From positions 1-52,418 of IMG/VR virus record IMGVR_UViG_3300036846_000061: DNA of 52,418 nucleotides; one strand, 5' to 3'. Positions 38,302-46,691 of this stretch are shown here, in pieces. How positions within the stretch are numbered: position 1 is the first letter of the stretch; each line of letters starts with the position of its first letter. The notes under the pieces were generated by a model. The model did not search any database. It was given only the letters and a program-made list of their open reading frames with translations, and had not been told where the DNA came from. Both the position numbers and the translations under genes were made by a program. Origin of the DNA: a virus (lineage: Duplodnaviria; Caudoviricetes).

Positions 38302-38526
38302 CTATTGTTCTCCATCGTGACCGACTGGTTTGGGCTCTTGTATTGTATAAGTCAATATGGCATTGTCATCATTCATATCTGTTATCCATCCTTTTACTGC
38401 AGGATAACAGAACTTGCCACATTCAGGACAATACATCGGTAGTCTTGGATTAACCCAACATAGTAATACATGACAACAATCCATATTCAATAATCTGAAA
38501 TGGACACGTTGCATTTCCTTAGGCAT
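38302..38526 (-). CDS. Small Zn-ribbon protein
   Basis: CC...C...YCPECGK; start at MPKEMQ. Confidence 0.6.
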   Translation of the reverse strand: MPKEMQRVHFRLLNMDCCHVLLCWVNPRLPMYCPECGKFCYPAVKGWITDMNDDNAILTYTIQEPKPVGHDGEQ

Positions 38527-38779
38527 ATTTGGGCTCCAGTTTACCTTCAACCAAGTAAGATACATCAGCGATCTTGTATTTATACTTCACTCCCTTATTG
38601 GTAGAATTATGATGGATGCCTATTTTGGTAAGCATTAGACCACCAGGCATTACAACAACATCAGGAGGCGAGTCAACCCACCTCAAGTTCACCAATTCTA
38701 GTTTATGTTGAAGTTTATCGGATGGCTTCGCTGATGGATCTTCAACGATGAGGGTGAATACCACCATATTGTCTTCCAT
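38519..38779 (-). CDS. Hypothetical protein
   Basis: Starts at the cassette RBS TAGAAAGGACGGAACAATG. Confidence 0.65.
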   Translation of the reverse strand: MEDNMVVFTLIVEDPSAKPSDKLQHKLELVNLRWVDSPPDVVVMPGGLMLTKIGIHHNSTNKGVKYKYKIADVSYLVEGKLEPKYA

Positions 38780-38860
38780 TGTTCCGTCCTTTCTAGACCC
38801 AGCATCAGTGCTGGCGGAATAGGCTACCAGGGTTATTCTCCTGGCGCCCATTCCGTCAAG
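38777..38860 (-). repeat. Early intergenic stem-loop cassette, copy 2, with RBS
   Basis: Same stems as copy 1 plus TAGAAAGGA..GGAACAATG. Confidence 0.85.
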
Positions 38861-38862
38861 AC

Positions 38863-39036
38863 TCATACCGATGGTCTATGCATCTTATCGTTGACTTGAG
38901 TAATTTCATCCAAGTCTAATCGTTTTATTTCAAGTTCTAATTCTTTGATCTTTTGATCTTGTTTCTTTACAATCTTCTCTAGTCGCTTCAATCTTTCCGA
39001 TAGCGTAGGTTGTTTCTTCTGTGGCGGCTTCCTCAT
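38863..39036 (-). CDS. 57-aa coiled-coil protein (MRKPPQKKQPTLSERLKRLE...)
   Basis: Hand-translated; AGGAG RBS. Confidence 0.6.
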   Translation of the reverse strand: MRKPPQKKQPTLSERLKRLEKIVKKQDQKIKELELEIKRLDLDEITQVNDKMHRPSV

Positions 39037-39047
39037 TATTGCTCCTG

Positions 39048-39473
39048 TTACTTGACGTTAAAGTCCAGTAGCATACGCATTAATGACTTCGCTTGTTCAA
39101 TAGGTAGTGTAGCATTGAATTGTATCTGAGCCGTATTGTCGTTCAATATCTTGAAGAACAAAGGATCAGGTTTAGATTGAACTTGCCTAATCTTTCCAGG
39201 ACTATACTTGACGATTGCAGTTGAACGTGCCAACGACTTTGCTTCCTTTGGCATTAGCATTGTTTCTGTAACGCCAAAGATTTGGCATAGTTTCTTGCGA
39301 AACTCTTTTGTTGGCGCTGTTGTAGCTTTCAACCAAGGATATACTGTTGTGCGAAGCCTATCTATGCCCAACAATTCATTGAGTTGCATTACTGTCATAT
39401 CGCGCTTACTCATTTCACTTCTTATTAGTGAAGCGATATGAGCATACTCTGGCTTAACTTTAGCTGTTGCCAT
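39048..39473 (-). CDS. XRE-family HTH transcriptional regulator
   Basis: MTVMQLNELLGI...TVYPWL.....P......LCQIFGV pattern. Confidence 0.75.
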   Translation of the reverse strand: MATAKVKPEYAHIASLIRSEMSKRDMTVMQLNELLGIDRLRTTVYPWLKATTAPTKEFRKKLCQIFGVTETMLMPKEAKSLARSTAIVKYSPGKIRQVQSKPDPLFFKILNDNTAQIQFNATLPIEQAKSLMRMLLDFNVK

Positions 39474-39474
39474 G

Positions 39475-39750
39475 TTACGCGACCTTACCTTTGATGAGCC
39501 TGAAGCGACTCACCACTGGCGTCTCACTCTTTTGCACTAGAGTATACCAAGCATCGCGATAAGCGACAGTTATAGTTTTGAAGCCATACTTATGCTTATC
39601 GCCCTGCTTAGAGGTCCAACACCATCCGGTCAGCATACGCAACTCATCCTTACCTCGATGATCGTTCCATCGCTTGGTCTCAGCTACATTGATGTAGTAT
39701 ATACGTGCTACCGCATCAACATCAGCAATTATGTTACTTGGTAACCACAT
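39475..39750 (-). CDS. Hypothetical protein
   Basis: ORF downstream of cassette copy 3. Confidence 0.65.
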   Translation of the reverse strand: MWLPSNIIADVDAVARIYYINVAETKRWNDHRGKDELRMLTGWCWTSKQGDKHKYGFKTITVAYRDAWYTLVQKSETPVVSRFRLIKGKVA

Positions 39751-39754
39751 TTTC

Positions 39755-39840
39755 CATTGCTCCTGTCCTTTCTAGGCTCCAGCACTATCACTGGCGGAAT
39801 AGGCCACCAAGATGTTACTCTCGGCGCCCATTCCGTAAGC
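39755..39840 (-). repeat. Early intergenic stem-loop cassette, copy 3, with RBS
   Basis: Inner stem varied to GCCGAGA/TCTTGGT while still pairing. Confidence 0.85.
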
Positions 39841-39869
39841 GATAGTATAGCGCGTTCTTAGCTCGCAGT

Positions 39870-40106
39870 CTAGCTGCTACAGTCTTCATAGCCAGCATTA
39901 GGCTCTTTTGTTGTCCAAGTATTGTCCACACGATTACAGGCAAATACTGTGAAGTTCGTATCATCCATTATAATGATACGATCTATATCATCATTAGCGA
40001 GACTATAAGATACAGCCTGTAACGCAGTCATCATATCTGCGTTCTTTACAGTATACTCATAGGCTCCGTCCAGATGATATAGAACAACAGAGAAGGTATC
40101 AGGCAT
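39870..40106 (-). CDS. Hypothetical protein (MPDTFSVVLYH...)
   Basis: GGAG RBS before ATG 40106. Confidence 0.6.
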   Translation of the reverse strand: MPDTFSVVLYHLDGAYEYTVKNADMMTALQAVSYSLANDDIDRIIIMDDTNFTVFACNRVDNTWTTKEPNAGYEDCSS

Positions 40107-40149
40107 ATTGTTCTCCAACCAATATTGTACTGCCCACGGAACGATTGAG

Positions 40150-40326
40150 TTATGATGTTTCGTCCAGCGGCTCATCGTGCCAGTAATTAGGGTCCGTGTG
40201 GACATCGTCACGAAACATCTTAGCTTTGCTAGGCCAGCAAGCCTCGCAGGCGAAACAAAGAAAGATTTGTCGCGCATCATAATGTGGTGTGCGATGTAGC
40301 TTGCTCCCACAATTACATTCGTCCAT
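40150..40326 (-). CDS. Small Cys-rich protein (MDECNCGS...YDARQIFLCFACEAC)
   Basis: Starts at the cassette RBS. Confidence 0.65.
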   Translation of the reverse strand: MDECNCGSKLHRTPHYDARQIFLCFACEACWPSKAKMFRDDVHTDPNYWHDEPLDETS

Positions 40327-40417
40327 TGTTCCTGTCCTTTCTAAGCCCAGCACATCGCTGGCGGAATAGGCGGCCAGAAGTATTCTCCTGGCGCCCATTC
40401 CGTTAGCCTTGCTGTTA
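40324..40417 (-). repeat. Early intergenic stem-loop cassette, copy 4, with RBS
   Basis: Same conserved stems. Confidence 0.85.
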
Positions 40418-40486
40418 TGTCTTCCAAATTAACCAAAGAGCAAGTAACCCTATGGCTAGCACTGCAACCCAATTTATACTGATCAC
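40415..40486 (-). CDS. 23-aa hydrophobic peptide (MISINWVAVLAIGLLALWLIWKT)
   Basis: Hand-translated; GTGA overlap with the upstream stop. Confidence 0.45.
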   Translation of the reverse strand: MISINWVAVLAIGLLALWLIWKT

Positions 40487-40701
40487 AACTCATACTCGTC
40501 ACAGGGTTCATATGCATCATCGTGAATAGCGAATGGCTCCATGCCTTGCTCTTCACGTTTGATGTTGATTATGTTCATACAATTTCTGCACACAGGCTCT
40601 TTCTCACCAGTAAGTGCACGTGTTGATGGCACTCGCACTGGATTGAAACTGAACTGCTGACGACAGCAGACACAGTAACCCATACAAAACACATATCCCA
40701 T
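40483..40701 (-). CDS. Small Zn-binding protein (C..C...FSFNP..VPS...EPVC..C)
   Basis: Starts at the cassette RBS. Confidence 0.65.
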   Translation of the reverse strand: MGYVFCMGYCVCCRQQFSFNPVRVPSTRALTGEKEPVCRNCMNIINIKREEQGMEPFAIHDDAYEPCDEYEL

Positions 40702-40806
40702 TGTTCCTGTCCTTTCTAGATCGTAATTGACTCCCACACTTTGTTCTCAAAAGAGCCCAATCCCATATTTGGGGACCATTGGGTAAAGCGTGGTCATAAC
40801 GTCAAT

Positions 40807-40884
40807 CCAGCAGAACGCTGGCGGAAAGCGTATATACGCTAGTATATTCGATCGTATATACGCTTTCCGTTAGCCTTGCTGTTA
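40807..40884 (-). repeat. Early intergenic stem-loop cassette, copy 5 (inner stem built from CGTATATACG)
   Basis: CGGAAAGCGTATATACG...CGTATATACGCTTTCCG then CCAGC-n-GCTGG. Confidence 0.8.
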
Positions 40885-41163
40885 TCCTGCATCTTTTAAG
40901 TATGAATTAACCAAGTCATCTGCGAAGCTAGTCGCATCCGCTCCACGATACTCACCGCTATGATGGATTAGATACTCGACAAAATTGTCTTCATCCTTTT
41001 CCATCACAACGATATAATAGAGCGGATTGTTCTTATCAGGCGACAAATCGAACGTCATCCTGGTAAGACTGATCGCATCATCGAGCGATCCACGCCAGCC
41101 CCAATTGCCTTGGTTCTCAATTGGATAGTCGCAGATGAACTCTGTGAGTTTATATTCCATCAC
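40882..41163 (-). CDS. Hypothetical acidic protein
   Basis: AGGAG RBS; early region. Confidence 0.65.
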   Translation of the reverse strand: MMEYKLTEFICDYPIENQGNWGWRGSLDDAISLTRMTFDLSPDKNNPLYYIVVMEKDEDNFVEYLIHHSGEYRGADATSFADDLVNSYLKDAG

Positions 41164-41348
41164 ACTCTACTCCTGCGAGCGAAAGTGCGCGGTGCCTTGA
41201 CTTCCCTCAGCATTCCGATAGCTTGATCAAGATGGTAATATGTTTCCTCAATTGGCGAATGCATATGGATATTAGTAACATTGCCAATTTCGTTCTTGAT
41301 CTTGCAAAGGGCATCAAGCCATGCCTCTTTCTGTTCTTTAGTCACCAT
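41160..41348 (-). CDS. Hypothetical protein
   Basis: Starts at TAGAAAGGAATGGAACAATG. Confidence 0.65.
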   Translation of the reverse strand: MVTKEQKEAWLDALCKIKNEIGNVTNIHMHSPIEETYYHLDQAIGMLREVKAPRTFARRSRV

Positions 41349-41436
41349 TGTTCCATTCCTTTCTAAGCTTGTGCTTTCCTCTGCGTTAGGGACTGGGAAC
41401 CCGGTATATACTCGCGTATATACGCCGCATTAAAGC

Positions 41437-41475
41437 TAGAGCGCCAGGAGTTATATTTGTTCTCCTGGCGCTCTA
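41437..41475 (-). terminator. Hairpin formed from two opposed CGCCAGGAG motifs
   Basis: TAGAGCGCCAGGAG...CTCCTGGCGCTCTA just after the stop of the 41482-41973 gene. Confidence 0.6.
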
Positions 41476-41481
41476 TGCAAG

Positions 41482-41973
41482 TTACGCAGTGGCCTCTGTA
41501 GTAGCGGTCTCTGCGACCACAACCTTGGCCTTTGCGCGGGCACGCTTAGCCTTTGCCCTCTCAGCCATCTGCTCAGGCGACAGCCAAAAGCCAAAGTCAG
41601 TATGGTCGGCCATATTCTTAGTCGGTCGATTATAGTTCAGAAGAGCGGCTGTAGGCTTCAGCGCCTCAGTCTCCACCAAATCCTTTTTGGTTTGGCGAGC
41701 CTGCTTCTGCGTCTTATGAGACGAATGAAGAGTGATGGAGTGGTTATCCACACCATACTTACGAATGGACTCCAAAATCGGGGAGTGATAGGCGCCGAAA
41801 TTGACGTCCTTAGAGCAGGCATTCAGGCCAGTCACAAACGCTTTTGGCGTTACGCTACGGACCGAAATGAACCTGCCACCTGTCTTCAGGTTGCGAACGA
41901 TGAGAATGCTGTAATCGTAACCATTCTCCATAGCTGCGAGAACAGAAGCATTCACGGTGTCGAGGTTATGCAT
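41482..41973 (-). CDS. Degenerate GIY-YIG-like protein with basic C-terminal tail
   Basis: SILIVRNLKTGGRFIS...SIRKYGVDNHSI...LNYN spacing resembles GIY-YIG; TAGAAAGG RBS before ATG 41973. Confidence 0.55.
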   Translation of the reverse strand: MHNLDTVNASVLAAMENGYDYSILIVRNLKTGGRFISVRSVTPKAFVTGLNACSKDVNFGAYHSPILESIRKYGVDNHSITLHSSHKTQKQARQTKKDLVETEALKPTAALLNYNRPTKNMADHTDFGFWLSPEQMAERAKAKRARAKAKVVVAETATTEATA

Positions 41974-42199
41974 AATATGTAGCCTTTCTAGGTTTGGGTC
42001 TGCGTTTTGTTTTCTGGGCTTCCCACCAGCACGTATATACGAATGTATAGACGCGGCCGCATTAAACAACGTGTACAATCCCGCCAATGGCTACATACAC
42101 GCTGCCCCTAGAAAGGAACAACGGATCATCCAGCGGTATATGGGAAAGTATATACGCATCCATATTCGCTCGATGTAGACCAGATTAACTATATATCAT

Positions 42200-42800
42200 A
42201 CTCACATACCGGCTTGCCGCCCTAGGGGCGCGTATCCTGCCCGCTCTAGTGGCTTCCCGTATGCTTTCGTATATACCGTTTCAAAGAATGGCGGATGTAA
42301 GGAAAAATCGGCCTAGGCGCGACCCAACTAGCTGGTCTGGGCTGGCGCTTTCGTCTAGCGCGCCAGGCAATCTTGACGATTACCTGCCCTTATCGCTTCC
42401 CTGACTACCCTGGCGGAACCTAGTGGGTTCCTATGGGCGCCTAGGCTCTAGCGCCTAGCCTAGTGGCCTACCCTACGGGGAGGCGCCTAGGCGACGCTAG
42501 GGAAGCTCTAGAGGTGCCCTACGCGGGCGCCTCCGAGCCTCCGAGATGTCCTATTCTCCTGTCAAACAACGCGAGCAGAAATTCGTTACGGCCCCGATCG
42601 GGCTGCCCTCTAGACCACCGATCTAGGGATAGTCTAGCCTATCCCATCTTGGAAGTAAAGCCCAAACTTATGGGGTTCAGTCTTTTTATTTAGACGGTCT
42701 CAAGGACCGCTCCTGGCGCCAGGAGGAAAAGACCTGCCATTTCCTGGGCCTAGGATGCATGCTAGGGTGGTTCTAGTCTTGGAAGGCTAGGGTTATGCAG
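42200..42800. other. GC-rich non-coding region dense in CTAG/CCTAGG/GGCGCC palindromes
   Basis: No credible ORF; includes the perfect palindrome CTCCTGGCGCCAGGAG at 42710-42725. Confidence 0.6.
42631..42659 (-). promoter_or_regulatory. Putative early promoter TTTACT-N17-TAGACT
   Basis: Points into the early gene array; shares TTTACTTCCAA with 50701. Confidence 0.55.
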
Positions 42801-42951
42801 CCCGAAACACGTTCGCGTTTGTTCTCCCCCTGTTCCCGTTACGTTCTGCCCAATGATTTCAATGACTTACGGGCCATGAACGCTAAATTTTTGGTAATCT
42901 GTAACGCAGGCTACTGACTGGTAGTTCTCTGTTTGTTCTCGTTTGATGACC

Positions 42952-42983
42952 AAAAATACTCCTGGCGCCGAAGCGCCAGGAGT
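42952..42983 (-). terminator. Intrinsic terminator
   Basis: Minus strand ACTCCTGGCGC-TTCG-GCGCCAGGAGT-ATTTTT (UUCG tetraloop plus U-run). Confidence 0.85.
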
Positions 42984-42991
42984 TGATTAGC

Positions 42992-43507
42992 CTATTGGAC
43001 TTGCTTACGTCCATACTTGAGTTTAAGCTTTTTGTCCTCAGTCTCAATGGCCTTAATGAGACCATTCCTTACATCGTCCAATTCCTGAGCATCTTCCGCG
43101 TTGTAGGTCGATGTTCTGGAAATTATACCGGCTCGCCTCTCAAACTTAGTCTTGTATTTTGCAGGATCATTACGCATCAACATTTGCTGATACTCTTTGA
43201 GAGGCTCAAAGTATAGTCGCGTTTCAGTATTAGTTGTGGATGTAATGACAACCAACTCATGATAGTTTCTGAGATAGTTCACCCATTTAGTAAATGCCAA
43301 TTTCAATTCCTTGGCATCATCGGTTATTTTGTAGTGCTTCCAATCTATTGGAAGATGATCGTATTTTCCAAAATCTTCTGGAAGCACTCCTGGTTCGTCT
43401 ATAGCAGCATCTTTGAATCTTTCTAGAGTGGACTTTGAATTCACTCTAGGCTTCAACTTATCTGTTATATTCTTCCAGGGAGTTAGGCGAACATACTTTG
43501 GCATCAT
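42992..43507 (-). CDS. Hypothetical basic protein
   Basis: 171 aa; followed by a terminator. Confidence 0.7.
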   Translation of the reverse strand: MMPKYVRLTPWKNITDKLKPRVNSKSTLERFKDAAIDEPGVLPEDFGKYDHLPIDWKHYKITDDAKELKLAFTKWVNYLRNYHELVVITSTTNTETRLYFEPLKEYQQMLMRNDPAKYKTKFERRAGIISRTSTYNAEDAQELDDVRNGLIKAIETEDKKLKLKYGRKQVQ

Positions 43508-43515
43508 ATTCTCTT

Positions 43516-44313
43516 TCAGTTATGTCCGATAAGTAAAGATGTGATTTGTGTATTTTGGGTTTGTGCTCCTTTCTTTCTCAATGGACAAGGACACAGGGCA
43601 CTAAGTATCCCCATGTATTGTTTAATGAGCCGAAGCTCATTCATCACCATTGATGGAAGTTCAACTTGTCGTTCCATCAATTCTGCTAAATCTTGATCTT
43701 TACCTTGCATACCCAAAGTGGCTCTTTTCAAGCTTCTAGATATGAGAGATAAAGAACCCAATAAAGCAACTTGAGCCTTGGAGTCCAATTCCTCTTTTGA
43801 GGGAGGAATATTGGGCTTGCGCCTATTGATATGGACTGGCTCTGGTGATGCCTTGCTTTTAGCGTAGTCAGACAAGTTTTTGGTAGATGCTTTAGGCTCT
43901 TTGACTTTCTCTTCAAACTCAGCCTCAGGAATACTAGCAATGCGCTCCCATTTATGAGCTTGATCCTTATGGATTTTGTTACGATCCATTGCTGTTCGTT
44001 TCGACTCCGCGCTAAGTCGCGTCGAGCGATCTAGCGCGGCTTCGTAACGACTATTGGTGGTTTTGGCTTTAGGCAATTTCGCCAATAACTCACCAGCCTT
44101 ACGTTCAGCACGCAATCTTATTTCGCGAGCCATACGTTCGTTTTCGTGGTTTTTAGCTTGCTGACTATACTTTTCAAGAGCAATAGCTTTGTCACGTATG
44201 TCCTTTACTTCATCGACACGGTGACATTCAACTATTGCAGAACACATTTTCTCATACAATAACACACCAGTGTTATCGGACACAACCTCAAGTTGTGTTA
44301 CCATTTTAGTCAC
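43516..44313 (-). CDS. Hypothetical protein with the helical N-terminal domain often seen ahead of phage adenine methyltransferases
   Basis: VDEVKDIRDKA...YSQQAK...EIRLRAERKAGELL; no MTase motifs visible. Confidence 0.65.
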   Translation of the reverse strand: MTKMVTQLEVVSDNTGVLLYEKMCSAIVECHRVDEVKDIRDKAIALEKYSQQAKNHENERMAREIRLRAERKAGELLAKLPKAKTTNSRYEAALDRSTRLSAESKRTAMDRNKIHKDQAHKWERIASIPEAEFEEKVKEPKASTKNLSDYAKSKASPEPVHINRRKPNIPPSKEELDSKAQVALLGSLSLISRSLKRATLGMQGKDQDLAELMERQVELPSMVMNELRLIKQYMGILSALCPCPLRKKGAQTQNTQITSLLIGHN

Positions 44314-44683
44314 TCCTTATTCACATATTACAAAGAACACCAAAATCATCAACTATATAGTTATTTCTCTTGCAGCAGACAATCTTGGGTAGGCGCGTCT
44401 AGGCCGAATAAGCTAGTTCCCTATTCGTTCCCTAGTATAGCCGATTTCGGCGGCCACGTCTAGTCCAGCCGTATATTATATTGTTACGTAACGATCACAT
44501 TTCAATCAAGTATATACTTCAGTCAATACTGATACTCGTATATACCGGAATTGTTATTGTTTCATATCTTCTTGACATGACCCCTAGACGCGGGCACCGA
44601 TCTAGGCTAGGCTCTAGGGGTGGATCGGAACTGCCATAAGCCGCTCTACATTGATCTTTGACAATAGAATGAAGGAACATAGA

Positions 44684-45619
44684 ATGTCGCGAGCAAAGTC
44701 AAGACGTGATAGGAGTAACACGAAAGTGAGTGAACATAATGTGCAAGGTGTGCCTTTCAATGCGCAGGTTCCTCCTGGCGCCCAAGATGCCTCTGCTACA
44801 GAGCATTTTACAACGCCAGAGACCACCAATGAAGACTTCGCAGTTGATATCGGTGAGGAACACCCCAAGGAAGGTGCAGAGTATCCAGCGTCCCAAGTAA
44901 CGGATGAGGCTACTCATAAGGCACAAGTTGATGCTGAGGCTGAAGCTCGTGTAAAGCGTGCTAAGGCTGTAAGCAGCCCGCGTCGTTTGACTGAGCGGGA
45001 GAAGCAAGCTGTTGGAGTATTGCTTAGTTTGGATATTCTGAAAACCTCTGACAGTATAACGGATGTTGAAATTCCTCTCGACCATGTGCCTGAGAATATT
45101 CGGGCATCATTCTTTGAAGTTGGGAGCGAACGTAACATCTTCCAGCGTGGGATTGCATCACCAGTATATGGTGGTGAACCCAAAACTATCGTGGGCCTTA
45201 AGTTGACCGAAATTGGTATGCATCTCTATGGACTCAAGACTAGTCCAAAAGAGAAGAAAGCCAAGGAACCTAAGGTTGCAGGTGAGGCTAAGGCTCCTGG
45301 CCGGCGCTCCACTAAGTATCACGATGGTCTTAAGCTGAAGATGATCTCTGAAAATCCCAGGCCTGTTGGCACTATGGGATACTTTTCTTGGCAACTATAC
45401 AAAGATGGTATGACCTATAGTGAGTATATGGGTATCAAGGATTTTCCTGAGAGCTACTCTGCGAGAACTGGCGAGAAGTTCCGTGGCCCTGGACTTAATC
45501 ATTGGTCTTGGGACCTAGAACACGGCTTCACTGGTCTATATCACGCGGACCAGCCTGAGAAGCTGGAAGATGGTAGTGACAATCCTAAGTATTGGGCGGT
45601 CAATAACAATCCTCGCTAA
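44684..45619 (+). CDS. Hypothetical protein, probably DNA-binding (Lys-rich linker, NP...G......LY..GMT..EY...WD..HG domain)
   Basis: Long ORF with RBS and downstream hairpin; start uncertain. Confidence 0.7.
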   Translation: MSRAKSRRDRSNTKVSEHNVQGVPFNAQVPPGAQDASATEHFTTPETTNEDFAVDIGEEHPKEGAEYPASQVTDEATHKAQVDAEAEARVKRAKAVSSPRRLTEREKQAVGVLLSLDILKTSDSITDVEIPLDHVPENIRASFFEVGSERNIFQRGIASPVYGGEPKTIVGLKLTEIGMHLYGLKTSPKEKKAKEPKVAGEAKAPGRRSTKYHDGLKLKMISENPRPVGTMGYFSWQLYKDGMTYSEYMGIKDFPESYSARTGEKFRGPGLNHWSWDLEHGFTGLYHADQPEKLEDGSDNPKYWAVNNNPR

Positions 45620-45626
45620 TACAATA

Positions 45627-45662
45627 ACTCCTGGCGTTCTAGTTGTGGGCGCCAGGAGTATT
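45627..45662 (+). terminator. Hairpin/terminator made of opposed CGCCAGGAG motifs
   Basis: ACTCCTGGCG...CGCCAGGAGTATT right after the stop codon. Confidence 0.6.
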
Positions 45663-45725
45663 ACGATGCAAATTCTATATTATAGATGAGTATAATCCTC
45701 TATAATATAGGAACTGGAGAGAAAC

Positions 45726-46322
45726 ATGCGGCCAGATCGTTTGTTTGGTGGCCTACCTCCCAAACGACCATTGATAAGTCTCGATGCTATTGTTGAAGAT
45801 TGGCAAATGAGATTCATTAATGGTGATGCCAAGAAGTATCGTGATACTGTAGTTGATTACTGCATAAAAGCTTCCTCTTTTGAAGAGGCAGTATGGCGAG
45901 CTTGCAAGTGCCGTAATGAACAAGGCAAAAAGCACAATCATCAAAGTAAGGTTCAAGATCACGTATTGAATACTTGGGCTAATGTAATCATTGCAGATAC
46001 AGACGAAACAAAGCTTACTAATTTTGATGAATTGTTCGATCATCTAGAGACATTATTGATATGGGGTATCGGCCCAGTTACTCATTATGATGTGGCTACG
46101 AGAATTGGAGCATACCTCAAGTTGGAACCAGAACAACTCTATTTACACGCTGGCGTTCTTGACGGCTGGAAGCTATTACATAAGCACAAGATTAAATGGC
46201 CAATTAGAGTTCCAAGAGACTTCTGGCCCGCAGAACTGCGTTCATTACCTGCGGATCAAGTTGAAGATTTACTGTGCGCCTACAGGACGTTCCTCAATCC
46301 AACAGTAGTAAAGGAAATATAG
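45726..46322 (+). CDS. HhH-glycosylase-fold protein, distantly like amino acid:DNA transferase/aGPT-Pplase families
   Basis: GIGPVTHYDVATRIG...YLHAG...EDLLCAY motifs; relationship inferred. Confidence 0.55.
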   Translation: MRPDRLFGGLPPKRPLISLDAIVEDWQMRFINGDAKKYRDTVVDYCIKASSFEEAVWRACKCRNEQGKKHNHQSKVQDHVLNTWANVIIADTDETKLTNFDELFDHLETLLIWGIGPVTHYDVATRIGAYLKLEPEQLYLHAGVLDGWKLLHKHKIKWPIRVPRDFWPAELRSLPADQVEDLLCAYRTFLNPTVVKEI

Positions 46323-46333
46323 TGGAAATAACA

Positions 46334-46519
46334 ATGTTACTAGTCAAGGAGACTAGAAACTTTCTAGTTTATGCTCAAACTAATAATGATCAAAATGCAT
46401 TAGACGATGTTGATGCTATTGTTATGAAATGGTATTTGAGGAAGAGCGACTTCAATGACTTCCCAGAATTGATTACTGTCACAGTACAACCCAAGGAGAG
46501 CGAGAATGGAACTGACTGA
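46334..46519 (+). CDS. Hypothetical protein
   Basis: Coupled small ORF. Confidence 0.5.
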   Translation: MLLVKETRNFLVYAQTNNDQNALDDVDAIVMKWYLRKSDFNDFPELITVTVQPKESENGTD

Positions 46520-46691
46520 GAAGATGATCAGAAACCTATTCGATGCAATTGCCGAGATGGTTAATGCCGATGGGTCTTGGAAGGATAAACAATACGTGAT
46601 ACTAAATCAAGCTGATGAACAAGATAAGATTTGGTTAGCAGAATTTGCTAATTGGTTCGTTGATCTTGATGAGGAGAATGATGATGACTAA
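46506..46691 (+). CDS. Small acidic protein
   Basis: AAGGAG RBS. Confidence 0.6.
   Translation: MELTEKMIRNLFDAIAEMVNADGSWKDKQYVILNQADEQDKIWLAEFANWFVDLDEENDDD

Noticed and set aside
39048-39473. XRE gene as evidence of a temperate lifestyle
   Set aside because: No integrase, partition genes or divergent cI/cro switch found
38780-40398. N-terminal extensions such as MGARRILLAAYSAS on early ORFs
   Set aside because: They are translations of the repeated stem-loop cassette; real starts follow the shared RBS
37976-41364. CRISPR array or integron attC cassettes
   Set aside because: Units are separated by whole genes, vary internally and lack consistent RYYYAAC/GTTRRRY ends; no cas or integrase gene is present
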